From: Octopus vulgaris
Lineage: Eukaryota
NCBI GenBank assembly: GCA_951406725.2
Contig: OX597824.1
Location: 11,656,001 to 11,720,000 of the forward strand
Reading direction: 5' to 3'
DNA: 64,000 nucleotides
Part shown: positions 26,258 to 40,792 of the stretch, piece after piece
Layout of the letters: the number at the start of each line of letters is the position of its first letter
Position numbering within the stretch: position 1 is the stretch's first letter
The notes under the pieces: generated by a model
Databases searched by the model: none
What the model was told of the DNA's origin: nothing
Seen by the model: only the letters and a program-made list of their open reading frames with translations
Translations under genes and position numbers: made by a program

Positions 26258-26812
26258 GCCCTGATGCAGTACCAGGCAGTGGCACTCATGGCTTCTGATC
26301 TCAACTGATTGGAAGTGTTATCATGTACATTGTTTTGTCTTGGTATAAAAGATGAGCTACAGCAAATATTCTGCTCAATACCACAGATTTGCCTGTCTGT
26401 TGTTTGACCTTAACCAGTTGAGCATGTCCCTTAATGGCTGACGATATGTGCATCTCTGATCACGAGCAGAATTTGTGGGGGAGCATCATAGCCATGTGTT
26501 GAGAGGAATTCTTAGAGGTTTGGATAATTCACCTCCGGAAACATGGGTGTTTCATTCAACAGCCTTAAACAACCCGTATTCAGGGACCATTTGAGTTGGA
26601 TGGGTTACTCGACCAGAAGAAAATTCTAACTGGGCTCCATCTGCAAGGTCATGTGCTGTTTATTTTGACATGAGATCACCATGTCGTGCACATATGGTTG
26701 TGATGCATGTGCCTGGTGTACCCTTATCAGAGGGGTAGTCATGATGGGTATACTGGGCTTCGTATATTTTACCCCAGTGTCACTTTGATGGCATGCACTG
26801 TTCTCTCACTCA
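26256..26812. mobile_element. Unclassified interspersed element bounded by (TAA)n
   Basis: Complex ~560-bp sequence flanked on both sides by (AAT)n; no ORF recognised. Confidence 0.35.
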
Positions 26813-26989
26813 ATAATAATAATAATAATAATGGTTTCAAATTTTGGCACGAGGCCAGCAATTATGGTAAAGCTGTGTGGTGACTGAAGATAATAGTCTG
26901 AATCACTATCAGAAGTTAGAGAGAGAGGAATCTGTGGGAACAAGAGTGGCCATGAAACAATAACAGAAAAACAACATAAAACACAACTT

Positions 26990-27350
26990 TGCGAAGGGGA
27001 CCAACTGGAGAGTGAGGTCTCTGCTTTGAGTGCACATACTTCCAGAACACTTTGCTGTCAGGGTTAGTTGCTATGCGCTGTTCGAATTCAAGAACTGCCT
27101 TTTTTGTCACCTGCCTGAGATGGTTGGCTGATCTATTGCGCTTTTTCCTGTTGATCTCTGAATTGTGCAATTTGTATTCCTGTTCAGGATTACGGCATTC
27201 TTTCCTGGAAAGTCGGACTGCTGCAGTCTCCCAAATTGCACTATTGGGTGGTTTTTTTTTTTGTGCTTGCATGGTACCAATGCTGCACATGCCACCCATA
27301 TTGAATTCAGAATGTTCTGAATCTCCAGAGGCATAAAATTTGAGCCAGTT
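26990..27350 (-). mobile_element. CR1-like LINE fragment (endonuclease-RT linker)
   Basis: RNRSANHLRQ..K...EFEQRIA...SKVFWKYVHSK...VGPL resembles the CR1 linker (NPKxFWxYVxSK...VGPL). Confidence 0.6.
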
Positions 27351-28604
27351 TGGGCATCACAGCTTGGTACAATAAAAGCTTATTTCCTAAGGGTTACTAT
27401 TACGGTTCCAGATTGGTCTATTAGGAGTGACTTCCTCTCTGTATCAACCCCAGGATTGTCACTTAACACGTCAAAAGACAATTTAGAATATATTCGATTC
27501 TCCCACTCACAGTCCTGAACGTGAATATAACATGTGCACCACAAATACTTCTAATCCTGGTAAAGACCGCATCCTATTAGGATCACTTTAGTGTTTCCTG
27601 ATTCAAATGCTTTCCAGTTTAACTGGTCCATCCCTATTTCAATTCTCAAGTAGTGTCTTTCGTGGAAATGTTTATAATACAAAGTCTTTGTTGTTCAATC
27701 AGTGCACGGATGTAACTATCAATCCATCTATGAAATTGCCAGTGTGACGTATATTGCTACACACACACTTACAGAATATATATGTACTGTGAAGAGTGGC
27801 ACGTAACCAAAGTTTGCACCCTTACTCCACTCCTATATCCAACGCAGTAAGATGTGATGGGGCTCAAACCACAGGATAAGCTTGTGGGTGGAATAAGAGC
27901 CTTATAATTAACAATATACAAAAAAATCATTCATGTTATTACTTAACACTGAAGATGTAAATTAACAAGATTATTATATTACAAAGAGTAATTATGTAAT
28001 CCTAGGAGGGATTTGTTGGAATGTGTGTATGTTTTATAAAAGATAGAATACTATGTTTTCTGTATTTTATTACTATCTATTTCTATACTACCCACAAGGG
28101 GCTAAACACAGAGAGGACAAACAAGGACAGCTAAATGGATTAAGTCGATTACATTGACCCAAGTGTGTAACTGGTACTTATTTAATTGACCCCAAAAAGA
28201 TGAAAGGCAAAATCGACCTCGTCGGAATTTGAACACAGAACGTAGCGGCAGAAGAAATACCGCTAAGTGTTTCGCCCGGTGTGGTAACAATTCTGCCAGC
28301 TACCATATATGTGTGTGTGTGTGAAAGGGATGCGTCAAGGTCATGTCCTCATGCTCCTTCTATATCAATGCTGCCCCCACCTCCCACCCCATATTTTTTT
28401 TATTACAATTCAATATTTACTAAAATGTACCTGTCAATCTGACTGTCTGTCTGTCTGTCTGTCTATGCTTATAGAATGGCATCTCTGTCTCTTCCACTCT
28501 TTCTCCCATTCTCTCCCTTCCTCCTTCCACACCCTCTTTCTATATTTATATATATATGTGTATATATTTGTATATGTATATATGTATACATATATATATA
28601 TATA

Positions 28605-28942
<338 letters not shown>

Positions 28943-28976
28943 TATATTTATATACATACATACATGCATATATATA

Positions 28977-29044
<68 letters not shown>

Positions 29045-29154
29045 TATATATACTCTTTATTTAAAGCCAGCAGAAATATGATAAAAGCTGTTACTCAGAG
29101 TTTCACGTTCCAGTTTGTGCACTTGTCGGACAGTTTTGTATAAAATAGAACAGA

Positions 29155-29201
<47 letters not shown>

Positions 29202-29734
29202 TACATATTTTGCTTTCCTGTTTTTGCTACCAACTTTGACCCTCTGCAAATCCCAAATTTTATTTTGCTTTGCGGGAGCAACTGTTTTCTCAAAGGCACA
29301 TCTTGTTGTAAATGGTTGAAATGTGGAGGAGATAAACAGCCGACAACTGATGAAGGGTCATTCTTTATGTTACTTGTCTTGTTTTCCATTTGTTTCTTTC
29401 GTTGTTTGCATAAAAAAGTTCATATTCCATGTTTACGTATTTCGTATTTCATGTTGTTTATGTTTTATGACGTCCTGTACCCATATATGCATATGTACAT
29501 ACATATATATGTAAGTATGTACATATATGTATGTATATATGAATAAGACCTCCTATTTATAAATGTTCTAAAATCTTTCACAGTGAAATGTAGACGACTG
29601 AGGATGGTGGATGTTGATATCGATATTAATATTTTGCTGTTATTTCAGCTCATCTGCACCGCATACTTAAGTCACTTTGAAATTTAATATATACTAGATT
29701 AGTATAGTTTTCATGAAGTATTGTCCCATATATA

Positions 29735-30105
29735 CTCTCTTTTACTTGTTTCAATCATTTGACTGTGGCCATGCTGGAGCACCGCATTTAGTTGAGCAAA
29801 TCTACCCCAGGACTTATTCTTTATAAGCCTAGTACTTATTCTATTGGTCTCTTTTGCTGAACCACTAAGTTACGGGGATGTAAACACACCAGCATCGGTT
29901 GTCAAGCGATGTTGGAGTGACAAACACACACACACACACATATATATATATACTTGTATATGACTGGCTTCTTTCAGTTTCTGTCTACAAAATCCACTCA
30001 CAAGGCTTTGGTTGGCCCGAGGGTATAATAGAAGACACTTGCCACACAGTGCGAATGAACCCAGAACCAAGTGGTTGGTAAGCAAGCTACTTACCACAGA
30101 ACCAC
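29735..30105 (-). mobile_element. SINE family B copy
   Basis: Reverse complement of the family B consensus; further copies at 33705-34148, 36760-37190, 46210-46612, 54465-54855 (all -) and 47073-47470 (+). Confidence 0.85.
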
Positions 30106-30181
30106 ATATTTTCAAAATATATTTAAAATGTTTTAAATATATTTTGAAAATGAAAACAATGCAAGTTACGTATAAAAAAAA

Positions 30182-30363
30182 TACAAGTTGATGGTTAGTA
30201 CAAGTTGATGGTTAGTACAAGTTGATGGTTAGTACAAGTTGATGGTTAGTACAAGTTGATGGTTAGTACAAGTTGATGGTTAGTACAAGTTGATGGTTAG
30301 TACAAGTTGATGGTTAGTACAAGTTGATGGTTAGTACAAGTTGATGGTTAGTACAAGTTGATG
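30182..30363. repeat. 17-bp perfect tandem repeat (~10.7 copies)
   Basis: Unit tacaagttgatggttag repeated without variation. Confidence 0.95.
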
Positions 30364-30982
30364 CCTGGTATTTCTGTAGTTCAGAGAGAGGACTACTTCT
30401 TCAGGAAATTGAGAGAGAAAGCATGTTTATAGCTGAGTCAAGCAGAGAAGTAAGCTATTGTTCTCTGAAGATTTCCTGAAGAATAGTCTGAACCTTGAAA
30501 TCTTGAAATACCAAATAGTAGTACTAACCATTGACCTGTATTTTTTATTTTCAATTTACATTGCTTTGGCTTTAATTTATATATATATATGTACGTGTGT
30601 GTGTGTGTATGTGTGTATATATATGAACGTGGCCGATGCCAGACCCCTCTGGCACCTGTGCAGGTGGCACGTAAAAAACACCCACTACACTCGCGGAGTG
30701 GTTGGCGTTAGGAAGGGCATCCAGCTGTAGAAACACTGCCAGACTAGACTGGAGCCTGGGGCAGTCCCGAGCTCCCCAGACCCCGGTCGAAACTGTCCAA
30801 CCCGTGCTAGCGCGGAAAACGGACGTTAAACGATGATGATGATGATGATGATATAGTGAAAAGCTTTGTTGGAGAGTTATTTTCCCCCCATGTAGTGAAT
30901 TTTAGGGAAAGATATAAAAAAGAAGGAAAATGCTCAGAATGTTTGTGTGTGTGTGTATGTGTGTGTGTGTGTGTGTGTGCGC

Positions 30983-31033
<51 letters not shown>

Positions 31034-31331
31034 AATTAAGAGGAATGACCACCAAAGTGGTCGTTTTTTTATTTTGTATATTTTCATTTGTCTTGCTCAT
31101 TTTCACATTCTGGCGTTTTGCTGAAATTTTCTTGAGAACACATTCTTTGTGGTAAGGCAATTTGACGTCTATCTTTAGCATATTAGGAATCCACTTTGGT
31201 GGTCATTCCTCTTAATTTTGTATATAATATAATTTTTCATCTTCGGATTTTTTAAATATGCTAAGCCACTGGTTTTAATTGATTAATGTCAATTTCTACC
31301 CTCATTATTTAATTCATAAATATATATATAT

Positions 31332-31362
<31 letters not shown>

Positions 31363-31894
31363 AATAGTTAATCCAAACATGAAAACTCAAAGAGAAAACA
31401 CAGCAACGTGAGGATGTGGAACAAGTATAGTATTATTGGATGCTCAGGAAAGAAGGAAAGAAGGAGGGTTTAACGTTTTGAGCGGAGCTCTTCGTCAGAA
31501 ACATAGGAAAAGTGAAGATTCAAAGAAGGGAAGACGGAGGAATAAAATCGCCAACAGTACACACGCGGTCACATTTTGAATATATATACATATATATATA
31601 TACAGGTTGAGAAAGCCTTATCTGAAATTTCTGGGACCAAAAATGTTATGAATTTGGGATATTTTTTAATTTCAGAATATTTTTGTATTTGCATCTATAA
31701 AATTGGATGGCTTGAGAATGGGAATCAAGTGTTTAAAGGCAATATCCCTGTGCATTTCAGTCACCTACTTCATATTTAGACTGCTGTCAAGTTTTCTTCA
31801 TCCACTTAATTTTCCATTTTATAGATAAACATAAACGTTTTCTCCTTTTCTTTTCACTCTTACCCATTGGGGTATCTCCAGGCCTTTTTTGACA

Positions 31895-32240
31895 TTCTCC
31901 ATGATATCTTTGGCATTTGCCATTTTCTGAACGCCTTGCTTCCCTGGGCATGGATACATTGAAACTCCGATGTCTGGCAGCTGACTTGGCAGACACCCAT
32001 AAAATTATTAACCATCTTACAAACAATAACTCTGAGCACCTTTTCAAACTCCACCTGTCTAACACCCGTGGACATGTTTACAAAGTCAGAAAACAGCACA
32101 GCTCCCATGACTTTCGGAAACATTTTTTCACGCTAAGAGTTGCTGAAGCATGGAACAAACTGCTGGCATCAGTACTTAGTTGTCGGAGCACTGCATCCTT
32201 CAAAACTTCCATGGTTCCTGAGATTCACCAACACTACACT
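31895..32240 (+). mobile_element. CR1-type LINE ORF2 C-terminal fragment
   Basis: FSERLASLGMDTLKLRCL..DL...TRGHVYKV...RKHFFTLRVAEAWNKL. Confidence 0.8.
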
Positions 32241-33069
32241 TATGACCCTGAGATACCTGCTGACAACATGGAAAGATTTCCAGTATTGCAATCGATTTAG
32301 AAGAACTTGCAAAACCCCTGAGCTCCTGTAGTTTTTGCATGGGGAAAGACATCTCTGATGTTTATTTCACATGTATGTATTCGAGTGTGACCGTTACCAG
32401 CTTTGCCTTACAGGCACTTGTGCCCTGTGCTAGTAGAGTGCTAAGAGCACCATCTGAGCATGATCGTTGCCAGAGTGGCTAACTGGTTTCTGTGCTGGTG
32501 GCATGTACGAGGCACCATTCGAACAGGACCATTACCAGCATTGCCTTACTGGCACCTGTGCCATTGGCATGTGTAAAAAGATTCGAGCGAGGTCGTTGCC
32601 AGTACCGCCTGACTGACCCCCGTGCCGGTGGCACGTAAAAGCACCCACTACACTCTCAGAGTGGTTGGCGCTAGGAAGAGCATCCATGCTGTAGAAACTC
32701 TGACAGATCAGATTGGAGTCTGGTGCAGCCATCTGGTTTGCCAGCCCTCAGTCAAATCGTCCAACCCATGCTAGCATGGAAAGCGGACGTTATACGATGA
32801 TGATAATGTATGTATGTATGTATGTATGTATGTATGTATAGTTCTACATACATCTATAAATGTAATACCTGGATATATCATTAGTATTATCCTGAAGTTA
32901 CTGGGGTGTTGCAGATCTTACAACATATACCCTCATCCAAGACACCTGAGTCTGGTTGATCAAACCTAAGCCCGTGTTCAAATGATAGTTGTTCTTGATT
33001 GCAGGTGGTGGTGGCGGTGATGGTGGTGGTGGTGGTAGTGGTGGCAGTTCCTGTGGCAGTAGCAGCAGC

Positions 33070-33250
33070 AGCCGTTCAAGAATTTGGACCTGGAGATCTC
33101 CATTTCCAGCGACTTTGAGGGCCACCTCCCAGTGGTGTCGGGCGTCAACGAAGAGCCCTCGACTACAACAAGACGACCAAAGTATTTTTTTTTTGCCAAG
33201 GTCTGGGGTCTCCTGCCCTTAAGCCCTAGACCATCACCTAATCACCCTTA
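33070..33250. repeat. Interspersed repeat fragment with inverted copy at ~53845-54030
   Basis: ggacctggag...gggcgtcaacgaagagccctcgactacaac...taagccctagaccatcacctaatcac appears as reverse complement at 53845-54030, within sequence contiguous with the PLE copy at 52950. Confidence 0.7.
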
Positions 33251-33913
33251 CAACAACAACAACAACAACAACAGCAGCAGCAGTAGTAGCTGCTGCAGTG
33301 GCAGTGGTGGTGTACATAAAATATAAGTTACAAAACAATTCAGTAAAAAGATGAGACAATTAATGATGTGAATAAAATAATTTATTTTGAAATATTTACA
33401 GTTTAGAAGTATATTTCAACTCCCATATCACAGAAATTTGATGCTTCTGAAGATTGCCAATATAATTTTTTATGAAACAGTCTTTTGAAATTGCTTCAGA
33501 TATCTGTTCTTGAATTGACTAATGACTGATGAATTTTTCATCCAGCTGTCTACAGTATACTGTATGTATATCAGTATATTATCTATATACATTTGTTGGT
33601 TTAAGAAATAGGATGAGTCTATAGCTTTTCTCTGTGTGTGTGTGTGTGTGTGCATGTGTGTGCGTGTGTGTGTGTCTTTGCTATGCCAATTATATACTCA
33701 TTTTTACTCTTTTACTTGTTTCAGTCATGTGGCTGTGGCCATGCTGGAGCACCGGCTTTAGTCGAGCAAATCAGCCCCAGAACTTACTCTTTGTAAGCCT
33801 AGTGTTTATTCTATCGGTCTCTTTTGCCAAACCGCTAAGTAATGGGGACGTAAACACACCAGCATCGGTTGTCAAGCGATGTTGGGGGACAAACACAGAC
33901 ACACAAACATATA

Positions 33914-33985
<72 letters not shown>

Positions 33986-34211
33986 CATATACACGACAGG
34001 CTTCTTTCAGTTTCCGTCTACCAAATCCACTCACAAGGCTTTGGTCGGCCCGAGGTTATAGTAGAAGACACTTGCCCAAGTGGGACTGAACCCAGAACCA
34101 TGTGGTTCATAAGCAAGATAGTTACCATGCAGCCACTCCTACGCCTATGTATAAATTTGCTTATTTATGTGTAAAGTAAACAGGGAAATTACTATATATA
34201 CATACATACAT

Positions 34212-34521
34212 GATGATTGCCTCATCTTGTCAGATAATCGATGTTTCACATTCAAAAATGATAGTGACTGACCATGGGATTGGACCTAGAAAGTTACCCT
34301 CCCAGACACAAGTCCAGGTGGTGTTATCCCAAGGGAAAGGCAACGACCGATACAGCTTGGCACCTGTGACATCACAACTCATTTCTACAGCTGAGTGAAC
34401 TTGAGCAATGTGAAATAAAGTGTCTTGCTCAAGAGCACAACACACAGCCCGGTCCGGGATTTGAACTCCCAACCTCACGATCGTAAGCTCGATGCTCTAA
34501 CCACTGAGCAATGTGCCTTCA
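34212..34521 (-). mobile_element. tRNA-derived SINE family E
   Basis: Head gaaggcacattgctcagtggttagagc, B-box gagttcaaatcccgg, then cttgagcaagacactttatttcac core; partial relative at 22125-22310(+). Confidence 0.75.
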
Positions 34522-34585
34522 TGAGTATATGTATATATATATATATATATATACACATATGAGTATATGTATATATATATATGAG

Positions 34586-34630
<45 letters not shown>

Positions 34631-34657
34631 GAGTATATGTATATATATATATATGAG

Positions 34658-34698
<41 letters not shown>

Positions 34699-34701
34699 GA
34701 G

Positions 34702-34756
<55 letters not shown>

Positions 34757-34758
34757 AT

Positions 34759-34791
<33 letters not shown>

Positions 34792-35125
34792 TATATACTC
34801 ATTGTTTTTGTCCAATACATGTATATTTTTTCTTTTTCCCACGGGATTCAGATATTATTTTCTTCTTTTCTCAGAATTTTAAATAATAAAACCCTTATTC
34901 TGGCCTCACAATAGTACTATCATTTTTTTTTTGTTTGTTAGTGGAGTGTTTTACCCCAAAAAAATATTTCCTCATTCTCAAGTGGTATTTTGCTCTCCAC
35001 AAAGAGTAGATTCATTCCAAATAGGATGCGCGTGTGTACATGTGAGTGTGTATGTTTTCTGTGTTTGCTTCTCGGCAGCTTTGTTGTTTTGTTTAGGTTA
35101 TTTCTGGTACCTAACTCACAATTGT

Positions 35126-35207
35126 CTTTTTTACTGTCATTGAACTGCAGGCTTTTTTACTGTCATTGAACTGCAGGCTTTTTTACTGTCATTGAACTGC
35201 AGGCTTT
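35126..35207. repeat. 26-bp tandem triplication
   Basis: cttttttactgtcattgaactgcagg x3. Confidence 0.9.
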
Positions 35208-36434
35208 TTTTGGTATGTGTTTTCAACAATTTCACTGCACTGATTAACCTCAGTTCTTAATTTTTTTTAAAGTCTGGTACTTATTATTATTGGCCTCTTT
35301 TGCCAAACTTCTAAGTTATAGGGATGTGAACAAACCAACACCAGTTGTCAAACAGTGATGTTAGTACTGGTCAGAATTAACAGAGGCATGAAGATTCACA
35401 TATACACATGTACATACACATCGTCTTCAGAATTTAAGATATAAATATATATGTATAAAATACGTATGTGTGTATACACAGACACACACACACACACACC
35501 TGTGCAAGCATAGAGACACATACCTGTACAAGCATACATACACACATTTTCACATATATATATATATATATATACAATCATAGATATGCAAATAGGTATA
35601 CATAAATATATGGCACCTTGCTGTACTCAAGAAAATCCATCCACTACAACAGAACTGATGTTGTTTGTTCCTTCTCGAGCCATGCCTGGCTCATAAGGGC
35701 CGGTTTCCTGGTTTCCTTGGCATATAGTTCCCCACCTAGATGGGATGCCGGTCCGTCACAGGTGAGCTGCTAGATGCAGGAGGAAAGAGTGAGAGAAAGT
35801 TGTGGCGAAAGAGTCAGCAGAAGTTCGCCATTACCTTCTCCCGGAGCCGCGTGGAGCTTAGGTGTTTCGCTCATAAACACACACATCGCCTGGTCTGAGA
35901 TTCGAACCCGCAATCCCTCGACCGTGAATACGCTGCTCTAACCACTAGGCCATGTGCCTCCACAACAGAACTGATGCCGATGCTGGTGTCTTATAAAAAG
36001 CACTTGTGCTGGTGCCATGTTTAAAAGCATTGGTACTGGTGCCCCATAAAAAAGCACCCAGTACACTCTGTGGAGTGGCCACAGTTAGGAAGGGGCATCC
36101 AGCTCTAGAAACGATATCAGAATAAAAAAATGGAGCCTAGTGCAGCTACTGGTCTAACCAGTTTCAGTCAAATTGTCCATACCATACTAGCAAGGAACAT
36201 GGACATTAAATGATGATGTTGATGATAATGATGATGATGATGATGATGATGATGAAACACATTATGCAGCATTAAACACACACACATGTACATATATACT
36301 CATACATATGCACACATGTATACGTAAGTATATACTTATACTTATACATACTCATCTACATCCTTAAATGCACGCATGCTCATACAGAAATGCTTACATA
36401 GATATTGAAGTTCTTATATAATTGTCCAAAAGTG

Positions 36435-36646
36435 TTAGCTTTGCTTCATCTCTGTGAGTTCCTCTCTCTTTCTTCGGGAACTTTTTCTTTTCCTGAATTC
36501 GGTGACAAGAGCGTTTAAGAGAGTAAGTGCTTCTGTGAAGCCAAACCCTGATACGGAGGAAACGCTTAGGATGAACCAGTTTCTGTCTTTTAGTGTTGTA
36601 TCTAGCATGAAATAATCTGAAATGGCCGCAGTGGATATTGCCGATG
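36435..36646 (-). CDS. Arf-like GTPase, coding exon 4 (terminal)
   Basis: Acceptor ttcctcttttcag; (S)SAISTAAISDYFMLDTTLKDRNWFILSVSSVSGFGFTEALTLLNALVTEFRKRKSSRRKREELTEMKQS*. Confidence 0.9.
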
Positions 36647-37563
36647 CTGAAAAGAGGAAGAGAAAATTATATCAAACATGTGGTTTGCTTCAGGGGAGAG
36701 GATCTCTACTAGGTTGAAAAACATGCATATTTAATTTTTAATTACTTACTTATTCTTAGTTACTTGTTTCAGTCATTTGACTGTGGCCATGCTGGAGCAC
36801 TGCCTTTAGTCGAGCAAATCAGCCCCCCAAGACTTATTCATTGTAAGCCTAGTACTTATTCTATCGGTCTCTTTTGCCACACCACTAAGTTACAGGGGAC
36901 GTAAACACACCAGCATCGGTTGTCAAGCGATGTTGGAAGGACAAACAAAGACACACAAACATACACACACATACATATATACACACACATATATATATAC
37001 ACATATATATATATACATACACACACATATATGACTGGCTTTTTTCAGTTTCCGTCTACCAAATCCACTCACAAGGCTTTGGGCGGCCCGAGGCTATAGT
37101 AGAAGACACTTGCCCAAAGTGCCACGCAGTGGGACTGAACCCTGAACCATGTGGTTGGTAAGCAAGCTACTTACCACACTGCCACTCCAAAATAAAATAA
37201 AGTTCTTAAAGTTTTTAGTCCTTGGTAACCATGTATAGTACTATTTCATCCTTCTTTGAAATCATTAGCATGACATAATGCACGACACAAATTAATTAGG
37301 TTAAATTCAACATTCAATGAAATTTCTTAGAAAAGGCAAAAGAAAGAAGGGAGTTCATGCTGGTGCAGTGTTAAAAGTACCTAGCACATGTTGTAAAGTT
37401 GCTGGCATTTGGAAGGGCATCCAGCTGTAGAAACCAAGCGAAATCAGACTGGAATCTGCGTAGCTCTCTGGCTTGCCAGATTTGGTTAAACCATCCATTT
37501 TCCATGCCAGCATGGAAAATGGATGTTAAAGGATGACGATAATGATGATGATGAGGATGATGA

Positions 37564-37597
<34 letters not shown>

Positions 37598-37609
37598 GGT
37601 GATGATGAC

Positions 37610-37642
<33 letters not shown>

Positions 37643-37898
37643 GGTGGTGGTGATGATGACGACAATGATGATGATGATGATGATGTAATTGACTTAATCC
37701 CTTTGTCTGTCCTTGTTTGTCCTATCTGTGTTTGGCCCCTTGTGGGCAATAAAGAAATAAGGGAATAGTAGTCATTTCCTTTTGATTTCTAGATAGAAGT
37801 AAATAGGAAATAACACTTACTAACCAAAGACAAAAAAAAGTAAAAATTTTGTCATACATTGATATCATCATCATCATCGTCATTGTCGTCATAATCCA

Positions 37899-38335
37899 CC
37901 CCTCCTCCTCCTCCTCCTCCCCTATTTTTCTTCCTTTTCCACCTCTTCTCCCTTTTCCCCTCCTCTTCCTCCTCCTTCTCTCCCTATTTTTCTTCCTTTT
38001 CCACCTCTTCTCCTTTTTCCCCTCCTCTTCCTCCTCCTTCTTCTCTCCCTATTTTTCTTCCTTTCCCACCTCTTCTCCCTTTTCCCCTCCTCTTCCTCCT
38101 CCTTCTTCTCTCCCTATTTTTCTTCCTTTCCCACCTCTTCTCCCTTTTCCCCTCCTCTTCCTCCTCCTTCTTCTCTCCCTATTTTTCTTCCTTTCCCACC
38201 TCTTCTCCCTTTTCCCCTCCACTTCCTCCTCCTTCTTCTCTCCCTATTTTTCTTCCTTTCCCACCACTTCTTCCCCTTCCTCTTCTCCTTTTCTTCTCCT
38301 CTTTCTCCTCTTTCTTCAGCTCTTCCCCTTCATCC
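37899..38335. repeat. Polypyrimidine tandem repeat (~61-67-bp units)
   Basis: Repeating ccctatttttcttcctttcccacctcttctcccttttcccctcctcttcctcctccttcttct. Confidence 0.9.
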
Positions 38336-38809
38336 TCATGACATAAACTAGATTGACATGTCCTATTTTATGAATATAAATTTCTTTTCCCTCAAGCTGT
38401 AAATTTGTTTGACATTTTCAAAAGCATTCTCTTACCTCATTGCAAAAATCTGATGCCACAACGTAGGAAGATTTTTAATTAAGATCTCATGTTGATTGCT
38501 AATAACGTTTTTAATTTTAATCTCCCATTTACTTCTGGTATTTGTGGGACCATTTGGGCGTAATAGGGTACAATTGACCAAAGGTACTTTTGACATTTGT
38601 TATATGAAGCTTCCTTCTTAGGAGTTCTTAGTAGCCTGATATTCCTGACCATAGCTTAAATTAAGATGGTGTTGGTGGTGATGGAGGTGATGATGGTGGT
38701 GGTGGTGGTGGTTTTGATGATGGTGGCGATTAAGTAAATTAACATGAAATTTTGAAGGAAGGTTGATGGTAATGGCAGAGATGTTGCTGTTATCATTGCT
38801 GCTGCTGCT

Positions 38810-38970
38810 GCTGATGATGATGATTATGGTGGTGATGGTAGTAATTGTAGTTATGGTGAAGATGATGGTGGACATGATGATGATGATGATGATGAAGATG
38901 ATGGTGATGATGATGATGATTATGATGAAGATGATGGTGAATATGATGATGGTGATGATGAAGATGATGA

Positions 38971-39004
<34 letters not shown>

Positions 39005-39094
39005 GGTGATGATGATGATGAAGATGATGGTGATGATGATGATGATGATGATGATGAAGAAGATGATGGTGCATATGATGATGGTGATGATGAA

Positions 39095-39127
<33 letters not shown>

Positions 39128-39500
39128 GGTGATGGTGATGATGAAGATGATGGTGATGATGATGGTGGTGGTGGTGGTGGTGGTGGTGATGATGATGATG
39201 ATGAAGATGAAGATGATGGTGATGATGATGGTGGTGGTGGTGATGATGATGATGAAGATGATGGTGATGATGATGGTGGTGGTGGTGGTGGTGGTGATGA
39301 TGATGATGAAGATGATGGTGATGAGGATTATGATGATGATGATGATGGTGGTGGTTGTGGTGGTGGCTGTGGTGGGGATAGTTACAGTGAAGATTGTAGT
39401 GGTGGTGATGGTGATGATGATGGTGATGATGATGATAATGATGATGATGATGACGATGATGAAGAAGATTATGAAGATGATGGTTGAGATAATGATGATA
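38810..39500. repeat. Compound (GAT/GGT)n trinucleotide tract
   Basis: Source of the poly-M/V and poly-H spurious ORFs; lies in intron 3 of the Arf-like gene. Confidence 0.95.
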
Positions 39501-39601
39501 AAAGGGGCAAAACGAGGTCTGCCACAGGTGGCACACCCTGTCTACACCCCCTGCAGTTTAATAGTGTAGACGTCATCAATGGAAGCAACTGATTTTCAAT
39601 A

Positions 39602-39663
<62 letters not shown>

Positions 39664-39674
39664 CAATTACTTAC

Positions 39675-39806
39675 ACATGTCTTGTTTGTTTGCTAATATC
39701 AAAACTGGGACTCCTTGCATTTCAGGATGCTGGATGACTGCTAAAAATTCTTTACAACTTTCCTCCATCCGAAGTGTATCACTGCTGTCAACTACGTAAA
39801 TTAAGC
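39675..39806 (-). CDS. Arf-like GTPase, coding exon 3
   Basis: Acceptor ctcttcacag, donor T|gtaagt; (G)LIYVVDSSDTLRMEESCKEFLAVIQHPEMQGVPVLILANKQDM with G4 NKQD. Confidence 0.93.
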
Positions 39807-40125
39807 CTGTGAAGAGATATTGAACAGGATAAATGATATCGCATATTTAGTAATAGGGTATATTAATCTCATGCACTCGTTAATATTACGGAGATGTACT
39901 TGCATAGAAAGTGACCTGATCGTGTGCTGGAACGAAAACAATTGCAGCATGGAAGGTGTTTATAAGCCATTTAAGAAACACACAAAAACCGTTAGATTCT
40001 CTTCAACATTTAAATTTAATTTGTCAAAATATTTTCGTCACTTTGAGACCAGCACGAAGTTTTGTCATTAATATTGTTTGGTCATTAATAAAGTCCCACT
40101 CTCAGTAATATCATATCCTCAGTAA

Positions 40126-40524
40126 TCTTTATATATAAAAGTGAAGTTGTGTGTCTGTCTCCTACGATTTAGATTCCTAACTACTCCCACATTTTGCAAT
40201 GCAGTGTAACCAAAACCGGGTATCTTATAGTCGTGATTCATATCGAGCCCTTCTGGGTATTAGCGCGCGTCTACGATGAGTCTACGATTTTAAAAATAAT
40301 TTACCATAATTTTTTTCCATTTTACTGCATTTTTTTCGCTATTATATAAGGGAAGTAACTCTCTAAAAATGTCTACGATGTGTCAACGATTTAAAAAAAA
40401 ATTTACCATAATTTTTTTCCCATTTTTAATGCATTTTTTTGCTATTTTTTGGCTATAACTCTCTAAAAATGCTTATATAGTTATTTCCCTTACAAACCCG
40501 AGCAACGCCGGGCGATACTGCTAG
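40126..40524 (+). mobile_element. Non-autonomous Helitron
   Basis: 5' TC after A, 3' CTAG before T, subterminal hairpin cccgagcaacgccggg. Confidence 0.75.
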
Positions 40525-40618
40525 TAACATATAGTAATATCATAACAGTGTATTTGCATCACAGACAATCAGCACTGGTGTGGCCTCATAATCTGGAAAT
40601 AAAGAAATGGTTACAAAC

Positions 40619-40792
40619 CTATTGTATTCGAATAATAATGGTGCCACTGTGCACGGCTTTTCTTGTGTCCACCGACTTCCCAGATAATCACATTAGTTCT
40701 GTCCAGTTCAATCTGCTCCACATTAAATCCCAGGGTGGGAAGCGTTTTGATCTCCTGATTCAGCTTCATGTAATACAAACTTTTGGATTTAC
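40619..40792 (-). CDS. Arf-like GTPase, coding exon 2
   Basis: Acceptor ttacag, donor G|gtttgt; (G)KSKSLYYMKLNQEIKTLPTLGFNVEQIELDRTNVIIWEVGGHKKSRAQWHHYYSNTI; phases match exons 1 and 3. Confidence 0.93.

Noticed and set aside
38763-39569. Poly-His and poly-Met/Val ORFs of 247-268 aa
   Set aside because: Translations of a (GAT/GGT)n tract within an intron.
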